Source: Macrostomum lignano (Eukaryota). Taken from it: a DNA stretch of 64,000 bases. The notes below the pieces were generated by a model. The model had not been told where the DNA came from and did no database searches. It worked only from the letters and a program-made list of their open reading frames with translations. The DNA is taken from the NCBI GenBank assembly GCA_002269645.1, contig NIVC01000181.1, forward strand, positions 585,693 to 649,692, given 5' to 3'. This document shows positions 24,060 to 37,002 of the stretch, piece after piece. The translations under genes and the position numbers were made by a program. The stretch's first letter is position 1. Every line of letters starts with the position of its first letter.

Positions 24060-26320
24060 GTCTTAGTTTGCGGCTGTGGCCTGCAGAGCAGGCTATGAAA
24101 AGTCGGTTGTCTTAAGTAACTTTTTTGTTTCTTTTAACATCTGATTTTTTCTATACTATAGCGCAACAGGGATACTAAACGAGTTATGAAGTGTGAATAT
24201 ATTTTCTCAACAGTCATTGGAACAGTGAATAAAAGTTCAAAGACATAGTGAAAAATTTACGAAAACAAGTAATACGAACAAGTTTAAAATGATAAGCGAA
24301 TAATTCAACAACGACCAACAAACATCGATAACACCAAGCACGAGTAGCAGTCATAGGCATAACAGCAGGTGAGTCACAATTTAACAAATAGTCATAATTA
24401 ATTTTGATTGGCATGCCAATCTCCGAAGCAGGGCACAGCGCAAAAATCTGGATTTCCCTGGCAGTGATCGCAACAATAGACAGTTTTCTTGACTCGGCCA
24501 CTCTTGTAACACTGTCTGCAACGCTTGGCTGGGTTGAGCCTGGGCACCTGTTGGCCGGAGGCGCTTCAGGAGATGCTGCTGCCTATTGGATCCTGTGCCA
24601 GGCTGTGCTTGAATTTGCCGGTTCCATGCAGGTCCAGTAGTCTGGATGAAGCCCTTGATGGTTAATTCCAGGAACTTCAGGAAGTCGTACGAGCCGCCAC
24701 GAGACTGGTACACAACCCAACCGTTTCTGACAAGGACCAAGAAAAAGTGGGCCCCTAGCTTGGCAAACCACTTTTGGGTCCTTCTGTTTGGGCTATACGG
24801 CTGTAGGCCAGAGTCCAGCTTATCAACACCGCCCATGAAGCTATTGTACGATGTTGCTGTTAGAGGCTTGAGCTCTACAACTTCATGATTTCCTTGAACA
24901 GTGCGGTGAACATGTTGAATGGCGGCGGCATTTTTGGTGTCAATAAAATACACCGTCTTTGTACCAGATGCCTTTCTGACGACGTACTTCACAGCAAGTA
25001 CACTGCCGCTTCGCATGAAGGCACAGCCTGGAGCGGGCACGGCCAGATCTCTCAGTTCAACGGGGACACCGCGGTTTGCACGCGCTGTGCAAGTCAGCAT
25101 GTCGTGATGCAGCAGGTAGACTGCTAGGCGATGCGATCCGAACCAGCTGTCGCAAACGACATGGTAGCCAAGGTCCAGTACATATCGGCATGTCTCAACC
25201 AGCACCTTCTCGCTCATCGAAAGTCCTTCACATCCCAGATCTTGACCAAACTTATCATTCTCGGGTCTGCTCGAATGCACAAGAAAGTTGCAAACATAAC
25301 CTGTTTTTGCCTCACACAAGCAATAAATATTAATGTCATACCACGCTTTCTTAGCTGGAATATATTGGCGGAACAGTACTCTTCCTCTGAGCAGCACCAG
25401 TTCTTCGTCTACGCTTAGCTCCTTCTCTGGCATGTACACGTTCCGGCAGATCCGCGACACACAGTTGATGAAGGGCCTGGCCTTAGCCAGAGGATCAGCG
25501 GCGTCAAAGTTGGAGCAGTCATAGAAGCGTAGTAGACTGCTGATCTGCTGAAACCTGTCTCTTGGCAGACATGCTTGCTGCTGGAAGAATGGCGGAGAAT
25601 AGAACTCGCTTTTAGACCAATAGTGGGTCACTTCGGGTTTTTTACTACTCCCATATAGAGTGACATTGCGACGAACTTTGACATCTCATTTACAGTGACA
25701 TCCTTCCAGCTGGAAAATCGCGATGGTACATGTAGCTGTTCATCCTGAAAATCTTCGAACTCGCGCAAACGCTCGAGCATTCGTCCAGTCGCACAGCTTC
25801 TGTAGCAATTCGGGTGTCAGAAACCTTCGGCTGAAAGCTACTGGATCTTCGTCAGCGTTCTCGGGTTGCGGCAAATCCGGATTGACACCTGGAATGCCAA
25901 GAAACTCGGGGTCCTGGTTCGGCTTCTGACCTTGGCCAGGGTGGCATGCATGCCATACATTGGTTGCACCATGGGCAGTGGCCAAACCTTCATCTACCTC
26001 TTGCATTTCCATGCCTCCTTGTTCGGTTTCGTCCTCATCATCAGTGGAGAAACTGTCGTCTCCTTCTTCAAACTCGGGATCAGTATCAGTATCAAAATGC
26101 TCCGCTTGAGCCATAATGACGATAAATAGTTTTTAAAAAATTGAAAAGGACGTTAATCGAAACTGCTCTAGCTTAAAAACTGAGCCACAAGCTGTACAAA
26201 TAAAATCCTAAAGTTTCAAAGACTAAATACTCAGTAGGAGCTGCTACCTCAAACTAAAGACATGTCAGCCAAAGATTAAAAAATGTTTATGGCCTGCAGG
26301 GCAGGCCAAGCCGCAAACTG
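24060..26320 (-). mobile_element. piggyBac-family DNA transposon, frameshifted
   Basis: Contains the transposase below. Imperfect inverted repeats GTTTGCGGCT..TGGCCTGC...CAGGC at about 24065-24095 and 26285-26318; exact TTAA termini not resolved. Confidence 0.8.
24401..26114 (-). pseudogene. piggyBac (PGBD4-like, DDE_Tnp_1_7) transposase with frameshifts
   Basis: Acidic N-terminus (25740..26114), WKDVTVNEM segment, catalytic motifs SVDE / CDSWF / MGGVD in ORF 24381..25631. The C-terminal Cys-rich domain (KRCRQCYKSGRVKKTVYCCDHCQGNPDFCAVPCFGDWH) is in another frame; at least three frameshifts (about 25760, 25640, 24545). Confidence 0.88.
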
Positions 26321-26906
26321 TGTCTATGGCATAATTTAAGTGAGAAAGGAATCCATAAATCAGTCATCTCATGCACTGCAAGGTTCAGATTGAAAGCGTT
26401 GAAGCGAAGCGATGATCGACAACATTGTCGTTCCTTTGAACGAATGCGAAACCCGCGGTAAAGAAAGAAGCAGTTACGATAGGCAGCATCTGTGAATATC
26501 TCGATTTCGAGCATTAATTTTCCAAAATAAATAGGTACTCGTGATCGCATTTGATTTGATTTGAGTGTGCAACGGATTAAAAATTAAATTCTCGTAGAGT
26601 GCGGGCAGTGCATTGCAGTGTGAAGCGGTGTGTAAGATGCATTCGCACTGAGAAAACGCTTGAGCAGTACTTGTTTGATTTCTCGCAGGTGTCAACAAGC
26701 AAATAAACGCTACATGATATTCGGGTAAAGCAACGCCTGTCTCTGCTCACGCAAAAGCCTTCACCTCAAATATCGTCGCTAGACGGACCGGAAACACGTG
26801 CCGATCCGATGCGTATAAATTCGTAGTTGCCGACTGCTCAACACAACAAGCTCAGACTCGACTCAGTCTACACACAGTTCGAAGAATCGACTCGACTCAA
26901 GCAATC

Positions 26907-27089
26907 ATGAAGTGGCAACTGGTTCTCGGACTTCTGCTATTCGCAGCCCTGGCCGTCGCCCAGCCCTCGGAGGCCAAGGCCGAAAGTGAGTCGAAGGAGG
27001 ATCCGTCCGACTCGGACGATTCCAAGCTGTCGGAGGAGCAGTTCCCGAAGCTGAGGAAGAAGGGCTTCCACGTTCATTTTCATGGTTAG
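26907..27089 (+). CDS. His-rich secreted prepropeptide copy 11 (type A)
   Basis: Intact 60 aa ORF; protein identical to copy 12. Confidence 0.9.
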   Translation: MKWQLVLGLLLFAALAVAQPSEAKAESESKEDPSDSDDSKLSEEQFPKLRKKGFHVHFHG

Positions 27090-27594
27090 ATGAGCCACAT
27101 CGCACATCGAAGTCGCTTCATCGAAGATTAAGACAACTCAGCTGACCGGACTTTGAACTCTGACTTAGAATCGCCCAATTCTAAATGATAGACGTGAAAT
27201 CTACTCAGTCTTTATTCACTGATCAGTTTTACCAAATATAACAACCAACACCATCTAATAAGGCACCCAATGCTACTATAACGTTTGCGTTTTTGAGCTT
27301 TGTAAATTTCTTCCAAGTCGCAGGTCGTCATGTGGAGAACCTCTCGGTGCAGCTACTTGTACCAGGTACGAGTAGATAAGGGTTTTTAAAAGGAAATTCA
27401 TCGAAGATTTATTGCAATCGTTACTCTCTGAGTAAGGGGTGTTAGACAGGCCGGAGGGTGCCGCTGTACATATCGCTGTACTTTGGCAGGGGTTGAGGTG
27501 TGGGGGTGTTGGCCGCGCCGGCCAGCTTAAAGCCTCTGCACCCGGCCCGGCTTGGCTCCGCCGCAATTTCTCAATTTTTTGCTCAGCCACCGCC

Positions 27595-28711
27595 ATGAGT
27601 GCCAGCCCAAAGCGACTCTAAACGTGCGCCAACTCAAGGCTGAGCTGCGAAACAGAGGCCTGCCTACTACGGGCTGCATACAACAGCTTGCCAAGAGCTT
27701 GTCTACTGCACTCGGTTTAGAGCAAGCTGACGAAGACTTCAACAACTCCGAGATGACTTCTGCTCCGGACGCCGAAGATGGCATCAGCAGCGCGGGCGAG
27801 GCGCCTCCGGGGGCGGGGAGCAACCGGCTGGCTGCGCTGCGACAGGAGGTGGAGCTGCTCGAACTGCAAGTCTTGGAAGGCCGTCGTCGTGATCTTCAGC
27901 AACAGCTTCACACTCAGCAGCGCTTGACGGCTCAGCCCCAGCCAGCATCATCATCAGGTGAGCCAAACGCACATGCAGTCTGCAGTTGCCCGAGGTTTTT
28001 GAATCTGGGATGAGGGAGGCGGCTCAGCTTCAGGACGCTAATTGCCAGGCTCCGACTCGCAAGTTGCATCTCGTCAGAGACCACATCAAGCTAGCCAGAG
28101 GACCCGGCTCAGCCAGTCAGGAGCAGTTGGTCGCCACTATGGAGAATGGCTCGCTCACATTCAGGAAGCAGGAGCCGAAGCTGTCTAGTATCTCAATTGG
28201 TCAGTGGATCGCGGCCAACTCGATCATCTTGCAAAAGCTGATCAAGGAAAAACTTCCGGCGGCTGCTGGAAGCACTGATGGTCTCCTGACTGACGTCCTT
28301 GGCTACCTTGACTACAATCGCAAGATTGGAGAGCTGCTGGCTGCTGACTACCCGGAATCCGTAATCTGGGAGTTTGACGAGGACTACTGGAGGCTGGTGG
28401 CGGAGTCGGGCATGGCGTGGGGTGAGGAGCCCCCTCAGTTGTACCACAAGCACCTCAACGCCCCCAGAAACCTGCGGTTCACGTTCGCTAAGCAGCCCAG
28501 CCAGCAGCAAATCCCGGCAGCAACCAGGGCGATCTGTCTGCGCTTTAACTCCGAGTCCGGGTGCACCCACCAGAACTGCAGGTTCCGCCACGTCTGCAAA
28601 ATCCAAGGCTGCCTGGCAGCGCACCCGGCTCACGCTCACACGCAGTCGCCGCAGTCATTACTCACCGGACAGCTGCTGGGTCACGTGACCGGTGCAAGTG
28701 CAAAAAACTAA
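27595..28711 (+). pseudogene. Gag-like ORF1 with N-terminal SAP-like motif and C-terminal Cys/His finger
   Basis: LNVRQLKAELRNRGLPTTG..QLAKSL (SAP-like) and ICLRFNSESGCTHQNCRFRHVCKIQGCLAAHPAHAH. The Kozak-like ATG at 27595 is out of frame with the SAP motif; second frameshift near 28000. Confidence 0.7.
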
Positions 28712-30565
28712 TGCCATTTTATCCAGCTGACTGCTCTGCTTTTAATTCCGATTTTTCTGCTTTTACTTTTTCGCTGCCCATCTCGTCTGACCTGCAACCT
28801 GACGCCTGGAGTGCTCTGCTCAGCGACGACCCAGACCGCGACTTTCTGATGCAAGGCGTCGTCAACGGTTTCGCTCTCACCAATGCTGTCCAGCCACCTT
28901 TGACTTCGTCCAAGAACCACGCCTCCGCCCTGCTGCACCGCTCTGCTGTGGAAGCCCAGGTCGAGGAGGAGCTGAGCCTTGGGAGGTACATCCGGTGGAG
29001 CGGCCCGATCAAAGTCAACCCCATCGGTGCCCTTCCCAAGTCCGACGGGCGGGTCCGCCTGATCCATGACCTGTCCTATCCGACCGGCCAGTCTGTCAAC
29101 GACTTCTACGACCAACAGAAGCACATCAAGTACTGCACTGTCCAGCAGCTGGTTCGTCATCTCCGTCCGGGACACTACATGGCCAAAATTGATTTCAAAA
29201 GCGCCTACAGGTCCGTGCCAATCAGGCCTGCTGACTACCGGCTCGTCGGCTTCGCCTGGCGGTTTGACTCAGACAGCCAGGACAGTCTGCTCTGCGACAC
29301 CAGGCTTCCCTTCGGCGCCAAAGCTGCTTACGAAGTTTTCCACCGTCTTTCAGCCGCCGTTACCCGGCACATGCACCGGCTTGGCTTTTCTGCCACGGTG
29401 AACTACCTGGATGACTGGGCAGTCGCTGGGAAATCCGAGTCCGAGGCTTTCGCTGCTTTCAATTGCCTGCTGGACATCTTGCAGCGCCTCGGCTTTGTCA
29501 TCAACTGGGACAAGGTTGTCAGACCTACGCAATGCATCGACTTCCTTGGCGTGCGCATCAACACCGCTACCGGCACCAAGTCGCCGCCTGAGGAGAAAGC
29601 TCTCGAGACGACAAAGCTGCTGACTCAAACCTGCTCGGAGACTCGGGTGCACATGCGCTCTGCTCAGAAGCTGATTGGCAAGCTTGGCTGGTTCTGTCAG
29701 ATTGTCCCTCATATCAGAGTCTTCCTGCGTCCGCTCTTCGACTGGCTGACAACTGCTGTTGACTGCAAGCTTCAGGTGACCGATGAGACCCGCACCAACC
29801 TGTCCTGGTCGCTCAGAGCCCTGGCTTGGCTCCCCCCGGTGTCTTTGTGGCCGCGCTTTGATGGAGTTTGCCATGGAGACTGACAGCAGCCGGTCGGGCG
29901 CAGCCGCAGTCATCTGGGGTGCCGAGAGTTTCTGGAGTGTCATCGACTGGGAGCTGGACTGCGGTGGTGTGTTCAAGGATGTTCATATCAACTTCAAGGT
30001 GGCTCTGGCACCTTTGCTGATTATCCTGCACCGTCGCTCTCAGCTAAAGAACTGCAAGATTGTCATCTACACCGACAGCACCGCTGCGGCTGGCATGATC
30101 AATCGGCTGAGCTGTCGTGACCCGCGGTTCCTGCAGGTGTACCAGACTGTGGCTCTGCTGTGCATCAGGAACAGCATCAGTTTTGAGGCCTTTCGCCTTC
30201 CTGGTCGCATGCAGATTTTTGCTGATGCCGCCTCCCGCATGTTTGTCTCGCAGTCTGAGCTCATTAACTTTTGCTGCCGCTACTGCCGTACGCTCGTGAT
30301 CTGCCCGCTTGAGTTCGCGTCGCACGCGCTCTCTGCCGCTTCCCAATCTCGCCTCCTTTTGCAGGTCGCCCTCACCCTCCGGAGACGCCGCCCGCCCCCC
30401 GCACTGTGTCCGCCGGACACCTGTGCCGCCTCGGCCTGGCGGAGAACTCCTGGCGATCCTACCTCAGCCAGTTGCGCTCCTGGGAAGCCTTCTGTGTTAG
30501 CGCAGGCCGCCCTTCATCTCCAGCTGACGGTGACCTGCTTTGCCGCTACATCGCGCACCTGGTGA
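28711..30565 (+). pseudogene. Reverse transcriptase and RNase H of the YR retrotransposon
   Basis: RLIHDLS, KIDFKSAYR, RLPFG and YLDD motifs in ORF 28561..29883; RNase H motifs TDSS, HINF, YTDSTAA in ORF 29783..30565 after a frameshift near 29870. Confidence 0.88.
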
Positions 30566-31330
30566 GCACCCGGCTCCGGTCCTTCTCTAGCCTCCGATCC
30601 TACATCCATGCCGTCTCTTTTCTGCACCAAGCCACCGGCGCCCCCGACCCAGCGAAAGACTTTACCGTGCAGCTGGCCCTCCGCGGCGCCAAACGTCATC
30701 TGGGCCTGCGATGCAAACAGGCAAAGCCGCTGACCATCGAGCACCTCAAGAGCATCTATCAGCAGCTCCCGCGCTCCATCTCAAGCGCAGATCTCAGGGC
30801 CGCCTTCTGGGCGGCTCTTCTGGTGGGCTGGTGGGGCATGTTGCGTCTTGGCGACTTCCTATCGACCCGCGGCAGCCGCTCTGTCTCGCGGTCTCGCGGG
30901 CCTGCCTGTCGGCTTCATCTGGCTGCTGGAAGTTGGCCCTCCCTAAGTCCAAGACCAACCAGTTCGGGTCGACGCCGCATGTCGTTCTTCTGCCAGCTGT
31001 TTAAGAGTCACCACTCTGCCCTGTGCGCGCCCTGCGGTCTCAACTGCACCTGTCACCAGCCAGCGACCCAAGGCGCCACTCTTTGGCTACGGCCTCGGAG
31101 GCGAGCTCTCAGCCAGCCAGCTCATCAGCTGTCTTCGTGCGTGTCTGGCTGCGTGCGGCCTCCCAGCTGCTGGTTTCTCCGGCCACAGCATCCGGCGTGG
31201 GGGTGCCAGCTTCTGTCATCAAATCGGCTTGCCAGATTCGGACGTTCGGGCTCTTGGGGGCTGGAGATCGGACGCTGTTCTCCGCTACTTTTCTTCCAGC
31301 TCTGCCCTGTCGCGCCGCCAGCGCTCTGCT
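30406..31330 (+). pseudogene. Tyrosine recombinase (YR) with N-terminal SAM-like domain, frameshifted
   Basis: SWRSYLSQLRSWEAFC..., GMLRLGDFL (catalytic R), KSKTNQFG, then GHSIRRGGAS and GWRSDAVLRY in shifted frames. Confidence 0.85.
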
Positions 31331-32548
31331 TCTCTCATGGCTTCGCAGCTGCAGGCTGCGTCCACCTGACTGCCTTCCCGCTTTTACTCCTTCCCTTCCC
31401 CATCATTGGGGTTGGGATCCGCTTTCTCGGCCGCTGCCTGCTTTTCGCAACTGATTTGTCTCGCTTGGCTCCTTCCGGCGTGTTTAATGATGCGATAAAC
31501 TACTCAGCACTTTTGCGGTGCTCAATAAGTTTTTCGAATTTTAATATATCGCATAAGCCCACAACATAATCGGCAATTGTAAAATTACGAGTACGAGCAT
31601 TAACCGGCAGCTCCTCTCTTCGCCATTCATTTTTGACTTATTTGGGTGATTCGCGCGCTCTACCCTCTACTCAAGTTTGATGGCATATTTGAGTGCGTGC
31701 TTTGCCATATGTCGATGGATAAAACCCAGAATTGCTTATTTTCCTTAATTCAGGTTTCATATCAGTTCTAGCCGCTGTCCTGATCGGGTCAGTGGATGCT
31801 GCATACGATTTTTGTTCCAGAAATTACTGAAGCGCTGCCCCATTACCGGCAAATGAAACCTAAAAACTAAAATAGGAAGCTAATGAATAAAAACGGTGTC
31901 CATGCATTGATCATTTGGCACATCTCAAAGGCCATCGAGGAAAAGTACACCTCAGTGGAATGCCTTCCATGAATGGAGAATGATATTAACATAAATTGAG
32001 CTACACTTTCCTTGCACCAAGTCTGCCTTTCATTTGACACCACAATAAATAGAAAAGTTCACGATTGCCGTGATGACCATAGTATTAGAAGTCTCTGTCT
32101 CCCAGCAGGATCGGCAAACAATGAACGATTAGATTGACAAGGATGGCAAAAATTAGCAGGAACTTCGTGTCAGTCTGAAGAAATTAAATCGTCAAATGCG
32201 TCCAACCTGGGCGTGTTCAAGCTGTTCAAGAGACCAGGACGCAGCAAGCGGTGATTGACTGTCTCGTCATTCCTTTGAGCGAATATCATGTACAAAATCC
32301 CGGTAGAGACAGTGAAAAGAAAGAAAGAAGAATCTATCAATTCCATCTATTCATCTATTTGATTTGAGTTGGTAAGAGTTTTCAACAGCAAAATCAGCTT
32401 TACAGTCTGAATAGATTTAACAGTGAAAACTACAAGTAAGGAGATGTAGTAAAGATAATACAATAAAAATAATCATAGAGGCTGTGAAAAGAATAGATAG
32501 AACCAAACGGTCACAAAAATTAAGATTAATTCCCCCACCAGCAGAGAC

Positions 32549-32576
32549 CAGGGACTACTAGTTTAAGTAGTCCCTG
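32549..32576. mobile_element. 28-bp minimal hAT-like element with 8-bp target-site duplication
   Basis: CAGGGACTACT-agttta-AGTAGTCCCTG (perfect 11-bp inverted repeat) flanked by GCAGAGAC at 32541-32548 and 32577-32584. Confidence 0.7.
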
Positions 32577-32989
32577 GCAGAGACAGAGAGGCAAAGGCGA
32601 TGGGGTGGCAGCGAGCACAAGGCGGCGAGGAGGGGAAGGTGTCTCCTTTCGCATGTTGCATTTATTTTAAGCATTTGCGCCAATATATGTCGAATTAGCC
32701 GTTAGAAAATAAATTGAAGATGAACCGTAAAAAAATCGGAAGAAATAGGAATATTAATCCGAGCAGTGGCACACAGAAAAGGCCAAGCCTGAAAAATCTG
32801 GGGCTTAAAACCTCTTGAAACGCGGTGGATGTCGGGCTAGGAGAAAAGGAAGGCGCAAAGGGGAGGAGTGTGGTTAACACACATTGCACTGGGGTTCACG
32901 AAGCATTTAGAGCGTAAAATGAACAGCACTATCCCTAACCTCGTCTTAGTTCCTTTTCCCTGAGTGAAAAGAATATCTGCTTGATTTTT

Positions 32990-33650
32990 TCGTTAAGAAT
33001 ATTTAATAAAGATGGAGCAATACGCCATAACAACAACAAAATGTGCAGCGACGCATGCAAAGCACAGTTAGAACAGGGGCGCGTCAGATTGCACGCCGCA
33101 AAGCCTGAGAGTGGCCGAAGTCCGCTCCGCTGGCAGTGTCGGGCGCCTCAGCGTCGCACAGCAAGCAGTCCACGTATCGACGGGTTCGGGCCTGACGCCG
33201 CCTGAACGGGCCCTGCAAGGTGAGCAGCAGGACATCCTAAGCAGGCTGGGGACAGTAGCTTTTGGCCCGGATCACGTGGCTCGCCAGTTGAAGTCGCCGC
33301 TGGCGCAGAATGATGGACGGGCGCTGCAGCTTGGCCCGATCATACAGGGCCTCGGTCCCGACGCTCTCGTCAGCCCGAAAGGCCGCATGGAGGAGCCATG
33401 CGTGCGTCGAGTCCAACGTAGCCGTCAGTGTCCACGTCACGGCGTTGTATAGCAGGACGGTATCGACCACCGCCTGCCACAGCCGAGCCCTCGGACTGGA
33501 GGATAACTCGGATTGAACGGAAGGCCGCCCAAGACAAGTCGTCTGCGCCGCCGGAGGTCTTCCTCCACGTAATTCACCAGACCGCGGAGGTATTTAAATG
33601 CGCCATAGTAAGTAGCCATGTAAACTTTTATGAGTCCGGAGTCCGGAGGA
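32990..33650 (-). mobile_element. 3' fragment of an RTE-like LINE
   Basis: FKYLRG.V, VLLYNAVTWTLT and RQRRLQLASHVIR match the RTE-type post-RT C-terminus; frameshifted. Confidence 0.65.
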
Positions 33651-34786
33651 AAAGCAGTGACCTCTAATATGTAAGATTTAGCATGTGGCAGAATAAAAGC
33701 TTTAACCCCTTTAACTGAATATTGACCAAATTTTCTGGGTGGGAGATGTGCCGCCGTTGCCTCAAGCTCCCGCCCGCCAGATACCTAACCTAACCTAGAA
33801 ATCGTACATCTGCGTGTTATTTAAAAATACGAGTACAATACTTCTTTTGAATCGTTGACAATGCTACGTGTCTACAGCCTATTTTCTGAAACATACAGAA
33901 CCAAGAACAGACGTAATAAAGTAGCTGCCAAATTGATTGTACGCTCGTAAACAGCTCGTAAACTTATATTGATTAGGAGTTGTCAAAAGTGAAGCAGAAT
34001 TTTTGGGTATACAAAACATAGTGTCAATTTTGAAGCAACTCAGTCAAAATAAAATCAGACTGCAGTCCAACTAGTTAGTCAGGCTATTTTATTGCGTTAG
34101 TAAAAGAATGGAGAAAAATAAATTTTAGCAACTCTTGTAAATCACAAAATCAAGGTCAGAACGAGCTGCTTTTGCACAGATCGCTTCATCACTGTTCAGG
34201 CTTTCGTTGCATTAATTTTTTACCGAATTTTCCCAGGAGAAGTTGACTAAACGTGTATTGTCAAAATTGAAGCCCGGTCTGTCAATATCACAGAATATGG
34301 TCAATATCGATAGTACGCTCGTAGATTTTGAGTGACCAGCTATATAGTGTCAATATTAAAGAAGAGTTTCGAAGTTTCGAAGTTCTCCATGTTCAAAATC
34401 GAGGGTAAAATGGTGTAGATATCCAAATTTTAAACATCTATTCTAAACAGTCGACAGATAGCGCATTTGAATTTACTATGCAACTGATGCGCAATGCAGT
34501 GCAGCGCGATTAGTGGGATTTATTTGCACTGAGAAAACGCTAGAGCGGTACTTGTTTGATTGCTCGGGTGTCAACAAACAAATAAACGCTTCATGCTTTT
34601 CGGTTAAAGCAACGCCTGTCTCTGCTCACGCAAAAGCCGTCAGCTCAAACAACGCCTCTCAACGGACCGGAAACACGTGCCGATCCGATGCGTATAAATT
34701 CGTAGCTGCCGACTGCTCAACACAACAAGCTCAGACTCGACTCAATCTGACACACGGCTCCAAGAATCGACTCGACTCAAGCAATC

Positions 34787-34969
34787 ATGAAGTGGCAACT
34801 GGTTCTCGGACTTCTGCTATTCGCAGCCCTGGCCGTCGCCCAGCCCTCGGAGGCCAAGGCCGAAAGTGAGTCGAAGGAGGATCCGTCCGACTCGGACGAT
34901 TCCAAGCTGTCGGAGGAGCAGTTCCCGAAGCTGAGGAAGAAGGGCTTCCACGTTCATTTTCATGGTTAG
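34787..34969 (+). CDS. His-rich secreted prepropeptide copy 12 (type A)
   Basis: Intact 60 aa ORF. Confidence 0.9.
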   Translation: MKWQLVLGLLLFAALAVAQPSEAKAESESKEDPSDSDDSKLSEEQFPKLRKKGFHVHFHG

Positions 34970-36199
34970 ATGAGCCACATCGCACATCGAAGTCGCTTCA
35001 TCGAAATTAAGACAACTCACAGCTGCCTGATTTTGAACTCTGATTCGCAACCGCAAAATTCTGAGTGTGAAAACGTGAAAACTTAGGCGTGAAATCTTCA
35101 CAACCTTTTTCGCTGATTAGTATTAGTATAACAAATATAACAACCAGCACCATCTGCTTAAACGTCCAGCTATAATATTTGTTGTTGAGCTTAATGCGAT
35201 TTGTTCAATTTGTTCAATTTGCGAGTCGTTATTTGAAAGACTTTCAGATTATTTACTTCCAGATAAGAATTTTTCAATTGAAATTCATCAAAATAGGGCT
35301 AATGTGATAAGGTGCTCATACGACATTTTTGGTTTAGCGCTTCATTTTCGCCAAATTTTTATATTTCAAACTAATTTTACAACATAAATGACGATGTAAA
35401 ATTTCTAGTTTCTAAATTTCTAAAATTATTAATAAATGGCAGCTCCTAACTTCGCTGATTATTGATGATTGATGATTCAACCGACATTGATCGGTGTCGC
35501 TTACAGCGGGAGACACTCCTTGTTTACCTTCGGATCAAAGCCAGTTCGCATGATTGCTCACATTTTCTCTTTTCTTGTTTTCGTGATTTCTCATGAAATG
35601 CGCACCTGCTACATGATGGTCTCACGTTTCATGAATCGACTGGCACATTTAATAAATAATGTTTACCTAGACCAAAGAACAACCGAAAATTCATTCAACT
35701 CTAAAGTTCAGTGGCAAGCATTCTCGAACATTAAAGCTCTTCAGTCATATGCTGGGGATAGTTAAAAAAGTTATAAATGACTGGTGAAGATAGGGAATGC
35801 AATTTAATAATTACACACCCATTACTCGCCCATTGAGCTGTGTGCTTATATTTAACGGTAAAACTATGCAAAATTATTTAATAATCTATAGTGCATGAGT
35901 ATCTTATCTCATCAACACATTTTTGTTGATTTTTTTGTGACGTCACAAATCATTATCTCCAAGTACATGTACCTCGTACAAGTTCTCCACACGAGACGAC
36001 TCGCAACTTAAAGAAATTCACAATGATCAACAATGCGTTATAGTTGTAGTTGATGCCTGATTAGATGGTACTTGCAGTTATATTTGTTATAACTGATCAG
36101 CGAATAAGGACTGAGTAGGGTTCCAAGTCAGTGTTCAAAGTTCGGTCAACTGTGAGTTGTCTTAATCATCAATGAAGCGACTTCGATGTGCGATGTGGC

Positions 36200-36382
36200 T
36201 TATTTACCAGGTAAATGAAGATGGAATTTTTTCCTCAGCTTTGGGAACTGCTCCTCTGACATCTTGGAATCGTCGGAGTCGGACGGATCCTCCTTCGACT
36301 CGCTTTCGGCCTTGGCCTCTGAGGGCTCGACAACGACCAGGGCTGCGAGCACCAGAAGTCCGAGAACCAGTTGCCACTTCAT
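36200..36382 (-). CDS. His-rich secreted prepropeptide copy 13 (type A spacer, type B mature peptide)
   Basis: Intact 60 aa ORF: EAKAESESKEDPSDSDDSK spacer followed by LRKK-FHLHLPGK. Confidence 0.9.
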   Translation of the reverse strand: MKWQLVLGLLVLAALVVVEPSEAKAESESKEDPSDSDDSKMSEEQFPKLRKKFHLHLPGK

Positions 36383-36758
36383 GATTGCTTGAGTCGAGTC
36401 GATTCTTCGAGCTGTGTGTAGTCGAGTCTGAGCTTGTTGTGTTGAGCAGTCGGCAACTACGAATTTATGCGCATCGGATCGGCACGTGTTTCCGGTCCGA
36501 GGAGCGGCGTTGTTTGAGTTGCTTCGCGTGAGCAGACAGGCGTTGCTTTACTCGAATATCATGTAGCGTTTATTTGCTTGTTGACTCCCGAGCAATGAAA
36601 CAAGTACCGCTCTAACGTTTTCTCAGTGCAAATAAATCCCACTAATCGCGCTGCACTACACAACACGGAGCTTTGTTTAAGCAGTTCTATAGTAAAGCCA
36701 AATGACACTATCTTTTAAATGTGCAGAATAAATGTTTGAAACTAGGATTTTTAGGATC

Positions 36759-37002
36759 TGTCTCAAATTGTCTCCCCGCTGTCTCAAACTGTCTCTCCGC
36801 AGTCTCAAACTGTCTCTCCGCAGTCACAAACTGTCTCTCCGCAGTCTCAAACTGTCTCTCCGCAGTCACAAACTGTCTCTCCGCAGTCTCAAACTGTCTC
36901 TCCGCTGTCTCAAACTGTCTCTCCGCAGTCACAAACTGTCTCTCCGCAGTCTCAAACTGTCTCTCCGCTGTCACAAACTGTCTCTCATCAGTCTCAAACT
37001 GC
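36759..37002. repeat. 21-bp minisatellite (about 11 units)
   Basis: Unit (A/T)GTC(T/A)CAAACTGTCTCTCCGC. Confidence 0.95.

Larger units (their letters stand above)
27430..31570 (+). mobile_element. Tyrosine-recombinase retrotransposon (Ngaro/DIRS-like), multiply frameshifted
   Basis: Order gag-like, RT, RNase H, YR. No methyltransferase domain between RH and YR, and a CCCH-type finger in gag, favour Ngaro. Terminal repeats not identified. Confidence 0.85.
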
